The notes below the pieces were generated by a model that did no database searches, was not told where the DNA came from, and saw nothing but the letters and a program-made list of their open reading frames with translations. Shown in pieces: positions 1 through 7,671 of a stretch of DNA of 31,234 bases. Each line of letters starts with the position of its first letter. Positions within the stretch are counted from its first letter, which is position 1. The position numbers were made by a program, and so were the translations under genes. Origin of the DNA: an uncultured Candidatus Saccharibacteria bacterium (GTDB lineage Bacteria > Patescibacteriota > Minisyncoccia > Phycocordibacterales > UBA5272); assembly GCA_964577625.1 (NCBI GenBank), contig CAZNZP010000001.1, positions 1-31,234 on the forward strand, given 5' to 3'.

Positions 1-371
1 TCATTGATAAAAAGATTTTCAGGTTTTAAATTAAATTGTTTTTTAGCTAAAAGATTTTCTAATATTCTTAATGCTTCAATCACAATCTCCACATTCATAC
101 GAGAGATTAAATTACTTTCTTTAGTGATAGTCAGATAAGAGATTAATAGAGAGACATTATCTAAAGAATTTCTATAAATAGAAAGTGTATCTTTGTGTTC
201 AAGATAAGCTAAAGAGTTGAGAGATTTAATTAATTCATTCGCTTCTTTTCGGAGTTCATGTTTAATTGATTCTGTGTCTTTTAGAAATTGAGAAATCAGA
301 TAAATAGCCGTAACAATTTTCTCTGTCTTTTTAGCAATTAACAAATTGTAATTTGTGGACCCAGTATTCAT
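1..371 (-). CDS. Hypothetical helical protein, 5' part only (runs off the window); resembles the N-terminus of a Parcubacteria family recalled to carry a C-terminal winged-helix domain
   Basis: Manual translation from ATG at 371 is open to position 1: MNTGSTNYNLLIAKKTEKIVTAIYLISQFLKDTESIKHELRKEANELIKSLNSLAYLEHKDTLSIYRNSLDNVSLLISYL... An in-frame TAA lies just upstream of the ATG, and TATAAT is on the minus strand at 390-385. Absent from the ORF track because no stop falls in the window. Family assignment is from memory. Confidence 0.75.
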   Translation of the reverse strand, partial: MNTGSTNYNLLIAKKTEKIVTAIYLISQFLKDTESIKHELRKEANELIKSLNSLAYLEHKDTLSIYRNSLDNVSLLISYLTITKESNLISRMNVEIVIEALRILENLLAKKQFNLKPENLFIN

Positions 372-374
372 ACT

Positions 375-703
375 TGTCTTTTATATTATATTATTTCTAT
401 TAACTCCCACAATTAATTCTTTACTCAAATACTATACTTTTTTTCTGAAAATATCAAGTTTGTTTTTAAACTCTGATTTTAGTGTCTTTTATATTTTTTT
501 TATAGCTTGTCTTTTACATTTTTTAAAGATGTTGTGTCTTTTATATTTTTAATGTCCTTTATTTTTAGTTATTAAATTAATACTAATGTCCTTTATTATT
601 CTGTCCTTTTGTTTATAAAGGACATTAGTATATTTAATAATGTCCTTTATAAAATGTCTTTTATATGTTGTGTCTTTTCTAAACTAATTTATTTTTGTCT
701 TTT
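375..703. repeat. Array of TGTCYTTT octamers with an embedded 17-bp inverted repeat
   Basis: Copies start at 375, 483, 508, 535, 553, 587, 602, 641, 655, 671 and 696, with one reversed copy at 617. Further copies at 275 and 324 lie inside the left gene. Inverted repeat ATACTAATGTCCTTTAT (580-596) / ATAAAGGACATTAGTAT (615-631). Confidence 0.9.
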
Positions 704-716
704 ATAAATTAAAAAG

Positions 717-725
717 TTATCCACA
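717..725 (+). promoter_or_regulatory. Perfect DnaA box
   Basis: TTATCCACA matches the DnaA R-box consensus and abuts the ftsK extended -10. Confidence 0.6.
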
Positions 726-734
726 TGATATAAT
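726..734 (+). promoter_or_regulatory. Extended -10 promoter element for ftsK
   Basis: TGaTATAAT about 40 nt upstream of the probable ATG at 775. Confidence 0.55.
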
Positions 735-774
735 TCAAATGAAGAAACCTTCGGCTTATTTATTATTTATATTT

Positions 775-3285
775 ATGAAAAAAGACAAGAAAAAAGAAAG
801 TTCCACAAAAAATACACATCGTGAAAAAAGGAAAAAGTTATTTACTAGCACTACTTCAGCAATTATCTTTTTCTTATTGGGAGCTATTGCACTCTTTTCC
901 TCTTTTAATGCCGGAGGACAAGTAGGCGCTTCTATTTTTGGAACTCTAGAATTAATTTTGGGCTGGGTGGCCTATATTCTCTTTTTAGGATTCTTTTGGG
1001 TGGGTTATAATTTTTGGAGAGATAAAGAAGATACTCGTCCTGATTTTGTTTCTATTTTAGCTCTTCTTGTGATTCTTTTTTCTTTGACTACTTTTACGGC
1101 TTCTATTGGTCTAGGCAATTCTGGAGTGGTCGGAGAATATTTTTCAGCTTTTCTAAAAGATAACTTTGGAAATATTTTGCCAGCCATTTTGTCTTTTGCT
1201 TTAGGTCTTATAGCTTTTGTAATTCTCTATCAAGACAAACCTTCTCTTAAGTTGCTTAAAAAGAAAAACGAAGAAGCTGAAGAAATAGAAAATTCTCAAA
1301 CTGAAGACACTTCTACTCTATCTTTAGACTATACTCGCACACCTTTGGATACTCCAAAAAAGTCTGCTGGAAAGATTTGGGGGGGAACCTGGAAAGCCAT
1401 ACTCACCTTCTTTAAGAAGATCTTTTCTTTTTTGATTTTTATTTTTTCTTTTAAATGGTTACGAGATATTTTGGCGAAGAAAAAAGCTCAAAAGAAAATT
1501 TTAGAAGACTTGGAAAAGCCAGAATCTGAGATTTATAAAGTTTCTAATCTTCATTTAGAAATGATGAATAATTTTGAAAGTAATAAAGAAGAAACTCCTG
1601 AAGAACATCTAGATATAGAAACTCCTCATTTTGAAAGCGAGCATGCAGAATTACAAAAAGCTAGACAAAAGCCGGATGAAGAAAGAAAACAAAGTATTTT
1701 GGAAGAATCCAAACCTGTCTTTATTGAAGATGAGTTTGAAGCTCCAGATTTAGGGCTTTTAAATCCTGATCAAGGAAAATCCTCAGCTGGAGATTCTAAA
1801 TTTAAAATGAATATTATTCAAAAAGTTTTGAATCAATTTAATATTCCAGTAGAAATGGGAGAAGTGACTGTCGGACCTTCTGTTACTCAATTTACCTTAA
1901 AACCAGCTCAAGGAGTAAATGTGAGGAAAATTTTAGGACTCAAAGATAATCTTCAAATGGCGCTTTCGGCTACTAATATGCATATTGAAGCCCCAATTCC
2001 AGGTAAACCTTTTGTGGGTATTGGTATTCCAAATGAAAAGAAAACTTTGCTCGGACTTCGTAGTCTTTTAGAGCTTGATGAATTTAAGGAAGCTTCACCA
2101 CTAGCTTTAGCAATTGGTAAAAACATTATCGGTAAACCAGTCATTTCCGATCTTTCCAAAATGCCGCACTTGCTGGTAGCTGGTGCGACAGGTACAGGAA
2201 AATCTGTGACTTTGCACAACTTAATCATTTCTTTACTCTATAAAAATTCTCCTTATGATTTGAAATTAATTATTTTAGATCCAAAAAGAGTAGAATTTAC
2301 CGCTTACAACTCTTTGCCTCACCTCTACACTCCTATCATTAAAGATGCGAAAACTGCTATTAAGTCTTTGTCTTGGGCTGCTCAAGAAATGGACAGAAGA
2401 TATGATGTGCTTGGAGAATACGGTATGCCTAATATTACTGAATACAATAAAAAAATATTCTTCCCAGCTTTAGAAAAAGCTAAAAAGAAAAGTAGTGAGG
2501 GAGAATATGTGAAAGGACTTCCTCCAAAAATGCCGTATGTAGTGATAGTCTTTGACGAGTTTAATGACTTTATGCTTACCTATCCAAAAGAAATCACTCC
2601 GGTCATCACTTCTCTTACTCAAAAAGCTCGTGCGGCTGGTATTCATCTTATTTTGACCACTCAAAGACCAGATGTGAAAGTTATCACTGGTACTATCAAA
2701 GCCAATATACCATCTCGTATCGCCCTTAAGACTACTTCTCAAATAGACTCTCGCACCATTCTTGATCAAGCTGGAGCGGAAGATTTGCTTGGAAATGGAG
2801 ATATGCTTTATATGAATGGCTCAACTATCACTCGTGTTCAAGCTCCTTTTGTATCTAGTGAAGAAATCAAAGCCGTCATCACTCATATCAAAAAACGTTA
2901 TGAAGACTTTTTACCTGATATTATTGATGTGCAAAAAGTAAATATTTCTTCGTCTGCTACAAGTGGTTATAGAGAAATGGGAGGAGTAGATGAAAGAGAT
3001 CCTACTCAAGAGCCAATGGATGATGAAGATTATATGAGTGCTAGAGACTATGTGATTTCTACTGGTAAAGCTTCTACTAGTGCACTTCAAACTGCTTTCC
3101 GTTGGGGCTATAACAAATCTGCTCGTATCATTAACGATTTAGAAGCTTATGGTATTATCGGTCCGGCTGTTAGCGGACGCCACCGTGAAGTTTTGTTTGG
3201 AAAACCACAAGAAAGTGAAGTAGAAAAATTAGAAAGAGAATTAGAAGAAATGGAGAGTGATAACGACGAAGATGAAGACGAGTAG
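775..3285 (+). CDS. ftsK: DNA translocase FtsK/SpoIIIE
   Basis: N-terminal TM segments, PHLLVAGATGTGKS Walker A, VIVFDEF Walker B, KARAAGIHLILTTQRP, C-terminal gamma domain (ASTSALQ..FRWGYNKSARII). ORF is open from 739; the ATG at 775 is more likely. Confidence 0.97.
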   Translation: MKKDKKKESSTKNTHREKRKKLFTSTTSAIIFFLLGAIALFSSFNAGGQVGASIFGTLELILGWVAYILFLGFFWVGYNFWRDKEDTRPDFVSILALLVILFSLTTFTASIGLGNSGVVGEYFSAFLKDNFGNILPAILSFALGLIAFVILYQDKPSLKLLKKKNEEAEEIENSQTEDTSTLSLDYTRTPLDTPKKSAGKIWGGTWKAILTFFKKIFSFLIFIFSFKWLRDILAKKKAQKKILEDLEKPESEIYKVSNLHLEMMNNFESNKEETPEEHLDIETPHFESEHAELQKARQKPDEERKQSILEESKPVFIEDEFEAPDLGLLNPDQGKSSAGDSKFKMNIIQKVLNQFNIPVEMGEVTVGPSVTQFTLKPAQGVNVRKILGLKDNLQMALSATNMHIEAPIPGKPFVGIGIPNEKKTLLGLRSLLELDEFKEASPLALAIGKNIIGKPVISDLSKMPHLLVAGATGTGKSVTLHNLIISLLYKNSPYDLKLIILDPKRVEFTAYNSLPHLYTPIIKDAKTAIKSLSWAAQEMDRRYDVLGEYGMPNITEYNKKIFFPALEKAKKKSSEGEYVKGLPPKMPYVVIVFDEFNDFMLTYPKEITPVITSLTQKARAAGIHLILTTQRPDVKVITGTIKANIPSRIALKTTSQIDSRTILDQAGAEDLLGNGDMLYMNGSTITRVQAPFVSSEEIKAVITHIKKRYEDFLPDIIDVQKVNISSSATSGYREMGGVDERDPTQEPMDDEDYMSARDYVISTGKASTSALQTAFRWGYNKSARIINDLEAYGIIGPAVSGRHREVLFGKPQESEVEKLERELEEMESDNDEDEDE

Positions 3286-3649
3286 AAGAAATAAAAATAA
3301 ATACTATCAACCTTTTAGAGATAAATTAAGAGTCTGGCTTTTCTTTGGACTTTTAATTTTTATTTTGATTTATTTTTCTTTTAAGATTTTTAATTATTTT
3401 TCTGGTCCAAAAATAGAAGTTTTCTATCCTCAACCTTATGAAGTTATTACTGGAGAAACTTTTTTTATTTCTGGAAATGTAAAAAATGCTAGAAATATTT
3501 ATTTGAATGGTAGAGAAATTACTATTGATGAGAAAGGAGACTTCAAAGAAGAGTTAATTTCCAAAAGCCCATATACCTTAATAGTTTTGCATGCTATAGA
3601 TAAATATAGTAAAGAAAGTGAATTGGTTTTACAAGTTGGAAAAGATTAG
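3272..3649 (+). CDS. Small membrane-anchored Ig-like-fold protein (CPR-type)
   Basis: One TM helix, then GP.I.V..P...ISGNVKNA..IYLNGREI..D..G.F.EEL, a beta-sandwich pattern. Overlaps the ftsK stop, suggesting translational coupling. Confidence 0.75.
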   Translation: MKTSRRNKNKYYQPFRDKLRVWLFFGLLIFILIYFSFKIFNYFSGPKIEVFYPQPYEVITGETFFISGNVKNARNIYLNGREITIDEKGDFKEELISKSPYTLIVLHAIDKYSKESELVLQVGKD

Positions 3650-3736
3650 TATTTTTCTCTTTCCTTCAAAATCCCCTTGTTTTTCAATGATTTTTTGATA
3701 CCACAAAAAAGGTTATTAATTTTTAATTAAAAATAC

Positions 3737-3765
3737 TTGACATAAAAATATATCTATGCTAATAT
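3737..3765 (+). promoter_or_regulatory. Strong sigma70 promoter
   Basis: TTGACA (3737-3742), 17-nt spacer, TG at -15/-14, TAATAT (3760-3765). Confidence 0.8.
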
Positions 3766-3771
3766 ATTATC

Positions 3772-4109
3772 AGACTTGAGTTGATGGTTTTAGTTTTGAC
3801 CAACTGTTAGACAGTGTCATCCATCATTTAACCGCTCAAGAAAATATATATTATAAAAAAATAAAAACTCGAAAAACCGAAAAAAATGCCGAAAATTCGA
3901 GATCAGACGCTCTGGTAAAATATTCAGACGTCTAAATAAAAATTAAAAAACCGTGCCCGAATTAAGAGAGACCCTAATTCTTCGGCCATAAAATATGGTC
4001 TCTCACTTAGCTCCGCCGATATCGCTTGGAGCACATTGCACGGAACCAGCGGAGAACGTTCCGCAAAGAAGAGGTTTGTCCTCGCCCCCTAGAGAATCTA
4101 GGGGGTTTT
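3772..4109 (+). ncRNA. Candidate structured non-coding RNA of unknown family
   Basis: Bounded by a consensus promoter and an intrinsic terminator, with no ORF longer than a few tens of codons. Many GC-rich helices in an AT-rich background. No RNase P, tmRNA, SRP or 6S signature recognised. Confidence 0.55.
4085..4109 (+). terminator. Intrinsic terminator
   Basis: CCCCCTAGA-gaa-TCTAGGGGG followed by TTTT. Confidence 0.8.
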
Positions 4110-4117
4110 ACTTTATA

Positions 4118-4126
4118 TGTTATAAT
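4118..4126 (+). promoter_or_regulatory. Extended -10 promoter for recA
   Basis: TGtTATAAT 25 nt upstream of the recA ATG. Confidence 0.65.
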
Positions 4127-4150
4127 TCGGACATAATTTAGAAAATATAT

Positions 4151-5263
4151 ATGGCTACAAAGAAAAAAGTTGCAAAGAAAACAACAGCAAAAAAAGTTAC
4201 TAACGTTACCAAAAAAGATTCTGAAGAAAAAGGTGTAAATACAGATGAACTTTTGAAAGAAATTCAGCATAAATTTGGTGAAGGAGCTATCATGAAGCTT
4301 GGAGAAACTCCGAAAGTTCATGTCGGTGCTGTACCTACAGGATCCATTGGTCTTGATTATGCTCTTGGAGTTGGCGGACTTCCACGAGGAAGAATTATTG
4401 AAATTTTTGGACCGGAATCTTCTGGAAAGACCACTCTTACACTTCATGTCATTGCTGAAGCACAAAAAATGGGAGGCACTTGTGCTTTCATTGATGCAGA
4501 ACATGCTATGGATCCAGAGTATGCTAGAAAGTTAGGAATAAAAATTAATGAGCTTCTAATCTCTCAACCAGATAATGGTGAACAAGCTCTAGACATTGCT
4601 GAGACTTTGGTAAGAAGTGGAAAAATTGATGTGGTAGTCATAGACTCTGTAGCTGCTCTTACTCCTCAAGCTGAAATTGAAGGAGATATGGCCCAAGCTC
4701 ATGTCGGAAGACAAGCTCGCCTTATGTCTCAAGCTTTGAGAAAGCTCACAGCTATTGCTCACAAATCAAAGACTGTAATTATTTTTATTAATCAGATTAG
4801 AATGCAAATCGGTGTCATGTTTGGTAATCCAGAAACTACTCCAGGAGGAAAAGCTCTCAAATTCTATTCTTCTGTGCGTCTTGATATTCGTAGAATTGCA
4901 CAAATCAAAAAAGGAGACGATGTACTTGGTGCTAGAACTAGAGTTAAAGTAGTCAAAAATAAAGTTGCTACCCCATTCAAATCTACTGAGTTTGATATTA
5001 TGTATGGTGAAGGTATTTCTCATGAGGGAGAACTTTTGGCTCTTGGAGAAAAGTTTAAAATCGTTTCTAAAGCTGGAGCTTCTTATAGCTACGGAGAGGA
5101 AAAGCTTGGTCGTGGATATGATGCAGCTAGAACTTTCTTAAAAGAAAATAAAAAAGTTTCTAAAGATTTAGAAAAGCAAATTCGTAAAAATCTTGAAGGT
5201 GGAGGACTAGATTTTGCTCCTAGCCGTGAAGAGACGGAAGAGGATGAAGCTCCGGAAGAATAG
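4151..5263 (+). CDS. recA: Recombinase RecA
   Basis: [59 protein letters not shown]. Confidence 0.99.
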   Translation: MATKKKVAKKTTAKKVTNVTKKDSEEKGVNTDELLKEIQHKFGEGAIMKLGETPKVHVGAVPTGSIGLDYALGVGGLPRGRIIEIFGPESSGKTTLTLHVIAEAQKMGGTCAFIDAEHAMDPEYARKLGIKINELLISQPDNGEQALDIAETLVRSGKIDVVVIDSVAALTPQAEIEGDMAQAHVGRQARLMSQALRKLTAIAHKSKTVIIFINQIRMQIGVMFGNPETTPGGKALKFYSSVRLDIRRIAQIKKGDDVLGARTRVKVVKNKVATPFKSTEFDIMYGEGISHEGELLALGEKFKIVSKAGASYSYGEEKLGRGYDAARTFLKENKKVSKDLEKQIRKNLEGGGLDFAPSREETEEDEAPEE

Positions 5264-5321
5264 ATTTGATTGTTTTTTAAAAAGGAGGTTTTTTATTTTT
5301 GACATCGTGTTATATTAAAAG

Positions 5322-5410
5322 AGTTCTAAGTAAAATAGAATGAACTAGGTATTCATGCGAAAAATGTTCTTTACGCTTTCCGGTTGTGAAATTGGAGGGC
5401 GTATTTTTTT
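5322..5410 (+). ncRNA. Possible ~90-nt small RNA or attenuated leader between recA and rpsA
   Basis: Extended -10 TGtTATATT at 5308-5316. 14-bp hairpin 5372-5403 with four G-U wobbles that pair only on the + strand, followed by T7. Confidence 0.35.
5372..5410 (+). terminator. Intrinsic terminator-like hairpin
   Basis: TACGCTTTCCGGTT-gtga-AATTGGAGGGCGTA-TTTTTTT. Confidence 0.7.
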
Positions 5411-5525
5411 GCCTTAAATCCCCTTTTATGTTATATTTCTTTTTGTAATTTGTTAAACCAAAAATAAATAATAAACACAGATTTCTGTATCTATTTATAT
5501 TTTTGACACAAATTCAAAATTAATT

Positions 5526-5547
5526 CGCCTTCGCTATAGCTTCGGCG
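5526..5547. repeat. REP-like small palindrome with TTC/GAA bulges
   Basis: CGCC-TTC-GCTATAGC-TTC-GGCG just upstream of the rpsA start. Confidence 0.45.
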
Positions 5548-5558
5548 TAATAAAAAAT

Positions 5559-6701
5559 ATGGAAAATAAAAATGCAAAGAATGTTGTAGTTCTTGATGAC
5601 TATACAAAAATGGTTTTGGAGCCAATTTCATTAATAAAAGAAGAAGATATTGTGGAGGGCTCAGTCTTAGCTATTACCAATACTGCGGTTTATGTAGATC
5701 TTGGACCAATCGGTACAGGTATCATCTACGGTATTGAATACATTAACGCTAGAGACCTTATTAAGAAAATTAATATCGGAGATATTATTTCCGCTAAAGT
5801 AATTGAGAAAGAAGACAAAAATGGATATATTGATCTTTCTCTTCGTGAAGCAAAACATGCTCTCATTTGGAGTGAAGCGGAAATCTTCCTTAAAGAAAAA
5901 AGAGTTCTTTCCCTTGTGGCCAAAGAAGCAAACAAAGGTGGACTTATTATGGATTGGAATGGTATCAACGGCTTCTTACCTTCCTCTCAACTCAAAGGTG
6001 AAAATTATCCTAAAGTAGAAGATGGAGCAAAAGATCAAATTTTGAATGAGCTTAGAAAGCTTATCGGTAAAAGAATTCCAGTCACTATTATTGCCGCTAT
6101 TCCAAAAGAAGGAAAACTTATTTTCAGTGAATCTACAGATCCGGTCTTAGAAGATGGAGAGCTTAAAGAAGGTAAAAAGAAAGAAGAGACAGTTAAAGAT
6201 ACAAAAGTTATTACTAAAATTATTTCCAAATACAATCTTGGCGATCAATTAGATGGTGTAGTCACTGGAGTAGTAGATTTTGGAATTTTTGTAAAAATTG
6301 ATAACGAAATTGAAGGTCTTATTCATAAAAGTGAAATTGATTGGGGTTTGGTAGAAAACACCAAAGACTATGCGAAAGTTGGCGATACTGTCAAAGTAGA
6401 AGTGATTGAGATTAAGGACAACAAAATCTCTCTCTCTATGAAAAAATTAAAAGAAAATCCTTGGAATGCTGCGAGTAAAAAGTATAAAAAAGGAGATTTT
6501 GTAGACGGAGTAATCATTAGATTCAATAAGCATGGGGCGCTCGCCTCTATTGAAGAAGGTGTAGCTGGCTTAGTGCATATTTCGGATTTTGAAAATGAAG
6601 ACAAAATGAAAGAAGAATTATCATTAGGTAAAATCTACAAATTTGAAATCACTCTCTTTGATGGTAAAGAAGAAAAAATGACTCTCAAATTACAAAAGTA
6701 A
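5559..6701 (+). CDS. rpsA: 30S ribosomal protein bS1 (short form)
   Basis: Repeated S1/OB domains: EGLIHKSEIDW, AGLVHISD, ISLSMKKLKENPW, GFLPSSQL. Confidence 0.92.
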   Translation: MENKNAKNVVVLDDYTKMVLEPISLIKEEDIVEGSVLAITNTAVYVDLGPIGTGIIYGIEYINARDLIKKINIGDIISAKVIEKEDKNGYIDLSLREAKHALIWSEAEIFLKEKRVLSLVAKEANKGGLIMDWNGINGFLPSSQLKGENYPKVEDGAKDQILNELRKLIGKRIPVTIIAAIPKEGKLIFSESTDPVLEDGELKEGKKKEETVKDTKVITKIISKYNLGDQLDGVVTGVVDFGIFVKIDNEIEGLIHKSEIDWGLVENTKDYAKVGDTVKVEVIEIKDNKISLSMKKLKENPWNAASKKYKKGDFVDGVIIRFNKHGALASIEEGVAGLVHISDFENEDKMKEELSLGKIYKFEITLFDGKEEKMTLKLQK

Positions 6702-6705
6702 AACT

Positions 6706-6746
6706 ATTAATATAAAAACCGCTACAATAGCGGTTTTTATATTAAT
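6706..6746. terminator. Long perfect hairpin, rpsA terminator
   Basis: ATTAATATAAAAACCGCTA-caa-TAGCGGTTTTTATATTAAT (19-bp stem). Confidence 0.85.
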
Positions 6747-6755
6747 CTTTAAAAC

Positions 6756-6785
6756 TTGACACAAAGTCTAAAAATATGTTAACTT
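6756..6785 (+). promoter_or_regulatory. Sigma70-like promoter for the orphan ORF
   Basis: TTGACA, 18-nt spacer with TG, TAACTT. Confidence 0.55.
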
Positions 6786-6842
6786 GAAAATAAGTTTATA
6801 AAGGCTAGTTCTTTTGAATATTCACTTTTAAAATAAAATATT

Positions 6843-7094
6843 ATGGTACCTGAAATGGAAACAACCATTCTGATTCCTTTTAATAAAGAGGAACTAATAA
6901 AGACTCCCCGAGTAAGAAAACTTTTCATTGCTTATGGTGAAGAAAAGTTTATTCACGAAGTTTTGGAAAAATACTTTTCTGATTCAGAAATTGGAAAAAT
7001 TTTCGCTGGCGGCCTAAAAAATTGGCAGTCACGTCTAGAAAAACTTTTAAAAGAAGCTTCTGAAGCAAAAGCGGAAGCAGAAGTAGAGTGTTAA
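6843..7094 (+). CDS. Hypothetical protein (83 aa)
   Basis: Has its own promoter and terminator and a plausible helical composition. No recognised motif. Confidence 0.6.
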   Translation: MVPEMETTILIPFNKEELIKTPRVRKLFIAYGEEKFIHEVLEKYFSDSEIGKIFAGGLKNWQSRLEKLLKEASEAKAEAEVEC

Positions 7095-7107
7095 ATTTTT
7101 AAAACAC

Positions 7108-7136
7108 AAACCACATACGACAATCGTGTGTGGTTT
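7108..7136. terminator. Bidirectional terminator between the orphan ORF and pth
   Basis: AAACCACATACGA-caa-TCGTGTGTGGTTT. Confidence 0.75.
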
Positions 7137-7137
7137 T

Positions 7138-7671
7138 TTATTTTTCACCTTTTAGGACTTTTTCTAAATAAAATAAAACTCTTTCTAAAAATTTGTCTTC
7201 ACTTAAAATTTCTATTTCTTCTTTGGTAAATTTACCGAGCACATATTTTTGTACTACATCACCATGTGGAGGAATGAGATTATTTTTCCCTGTACCTTTT
7301 GGAGCAATGCCGATACGAAGACGGTAAAAGTTTTTTGTACCAAGATTTTCAATAATATTTTTAAGTCCATTATGTCCTCCATCTCCCCTATCAATCACTA
7401 AACGCACATCTCCAATTTCTAAATCTTTATCATCATACATGACTATAATATTTTCTTTGTTTAAATTTTTATTTTTCAAATGACTTTTAAGAGCTTTACC
7501 AGATTCATTCATAAAGGAATCTGAAATAAAAACTTTGGTTTCAGTATTTTCTAAAAGATTTTTAAATTCTTCATTTTTTTTGAGCAAGGTAAAAACTATT
7601 CGTCCAGCATTATGACGAGTCTTAGCATATTTTTCACCTGGATTACCTAATGGAAAAAGTAAATAATTCAT
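7138..7671 (-). CDS. pth: Peptidyl-tRNA hydrolase
   Basis: LGNPGEKYAKTRHNAG, FMNESG, GGHNGLKNII, RLRIGI. Confidence 0.97.
   Translation of the reverse strand: MNYLLFPLGNPGEKYAKTRHNAGRIVFTLLKKNEEFKNLLENTETKVFISDSFMNESGKALKSHLKNKNLNKENIIVMYDDKDLEIGDVRLVIDRGDGGHNGLKNIIENLGTKNFYRLRIGIAPKGTGKNNLIPPHGDVVQKYVLGKFTKEEIEILSEDKFLERVLFYLEKVLKGEK

Noticed and set aside
355-552. 65-aa + strand ORF
   Set aside because: It overlaps the real minus-strand gene start and the repeat array; the F/L/I-rich composition reflects T-rich non-coding DNA.
483-703. Array as a CRISPR locus
   Set aside because: Units are 8 bp with irregular 6-26 bp gaps; there are no 25-45 bp repeats, no spacers and no cas genes.
3772-4109. 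tmRNA, RNase P RNA, SRP RNA, 6S RNA, or glmS/fluoride riboswitch
   Set aside because: No GGGG...CCACCA acceptor or T-arm, no GAGGAAAGUCC/ACAGAA P4, no SRP helix-8 motif and no single long 6S rod. The glmS- and crcB-like fragments are short and lack the core motifs.
4007-4504. 165-aa minus-strand ORF and other antisense or alternative-frame ORFs in the track
   Set aside because: They are shadows of well-supported genes (recA, ftsK, ftsZ, clpB, aspS etc.) with no recognisable motifs.
5329-5350. tracrRNA-like AAGTAAAATAG...CTAGG
   Set aside because: The similarity is short and AT-rich, and no cas9 or repeat is present in the window.
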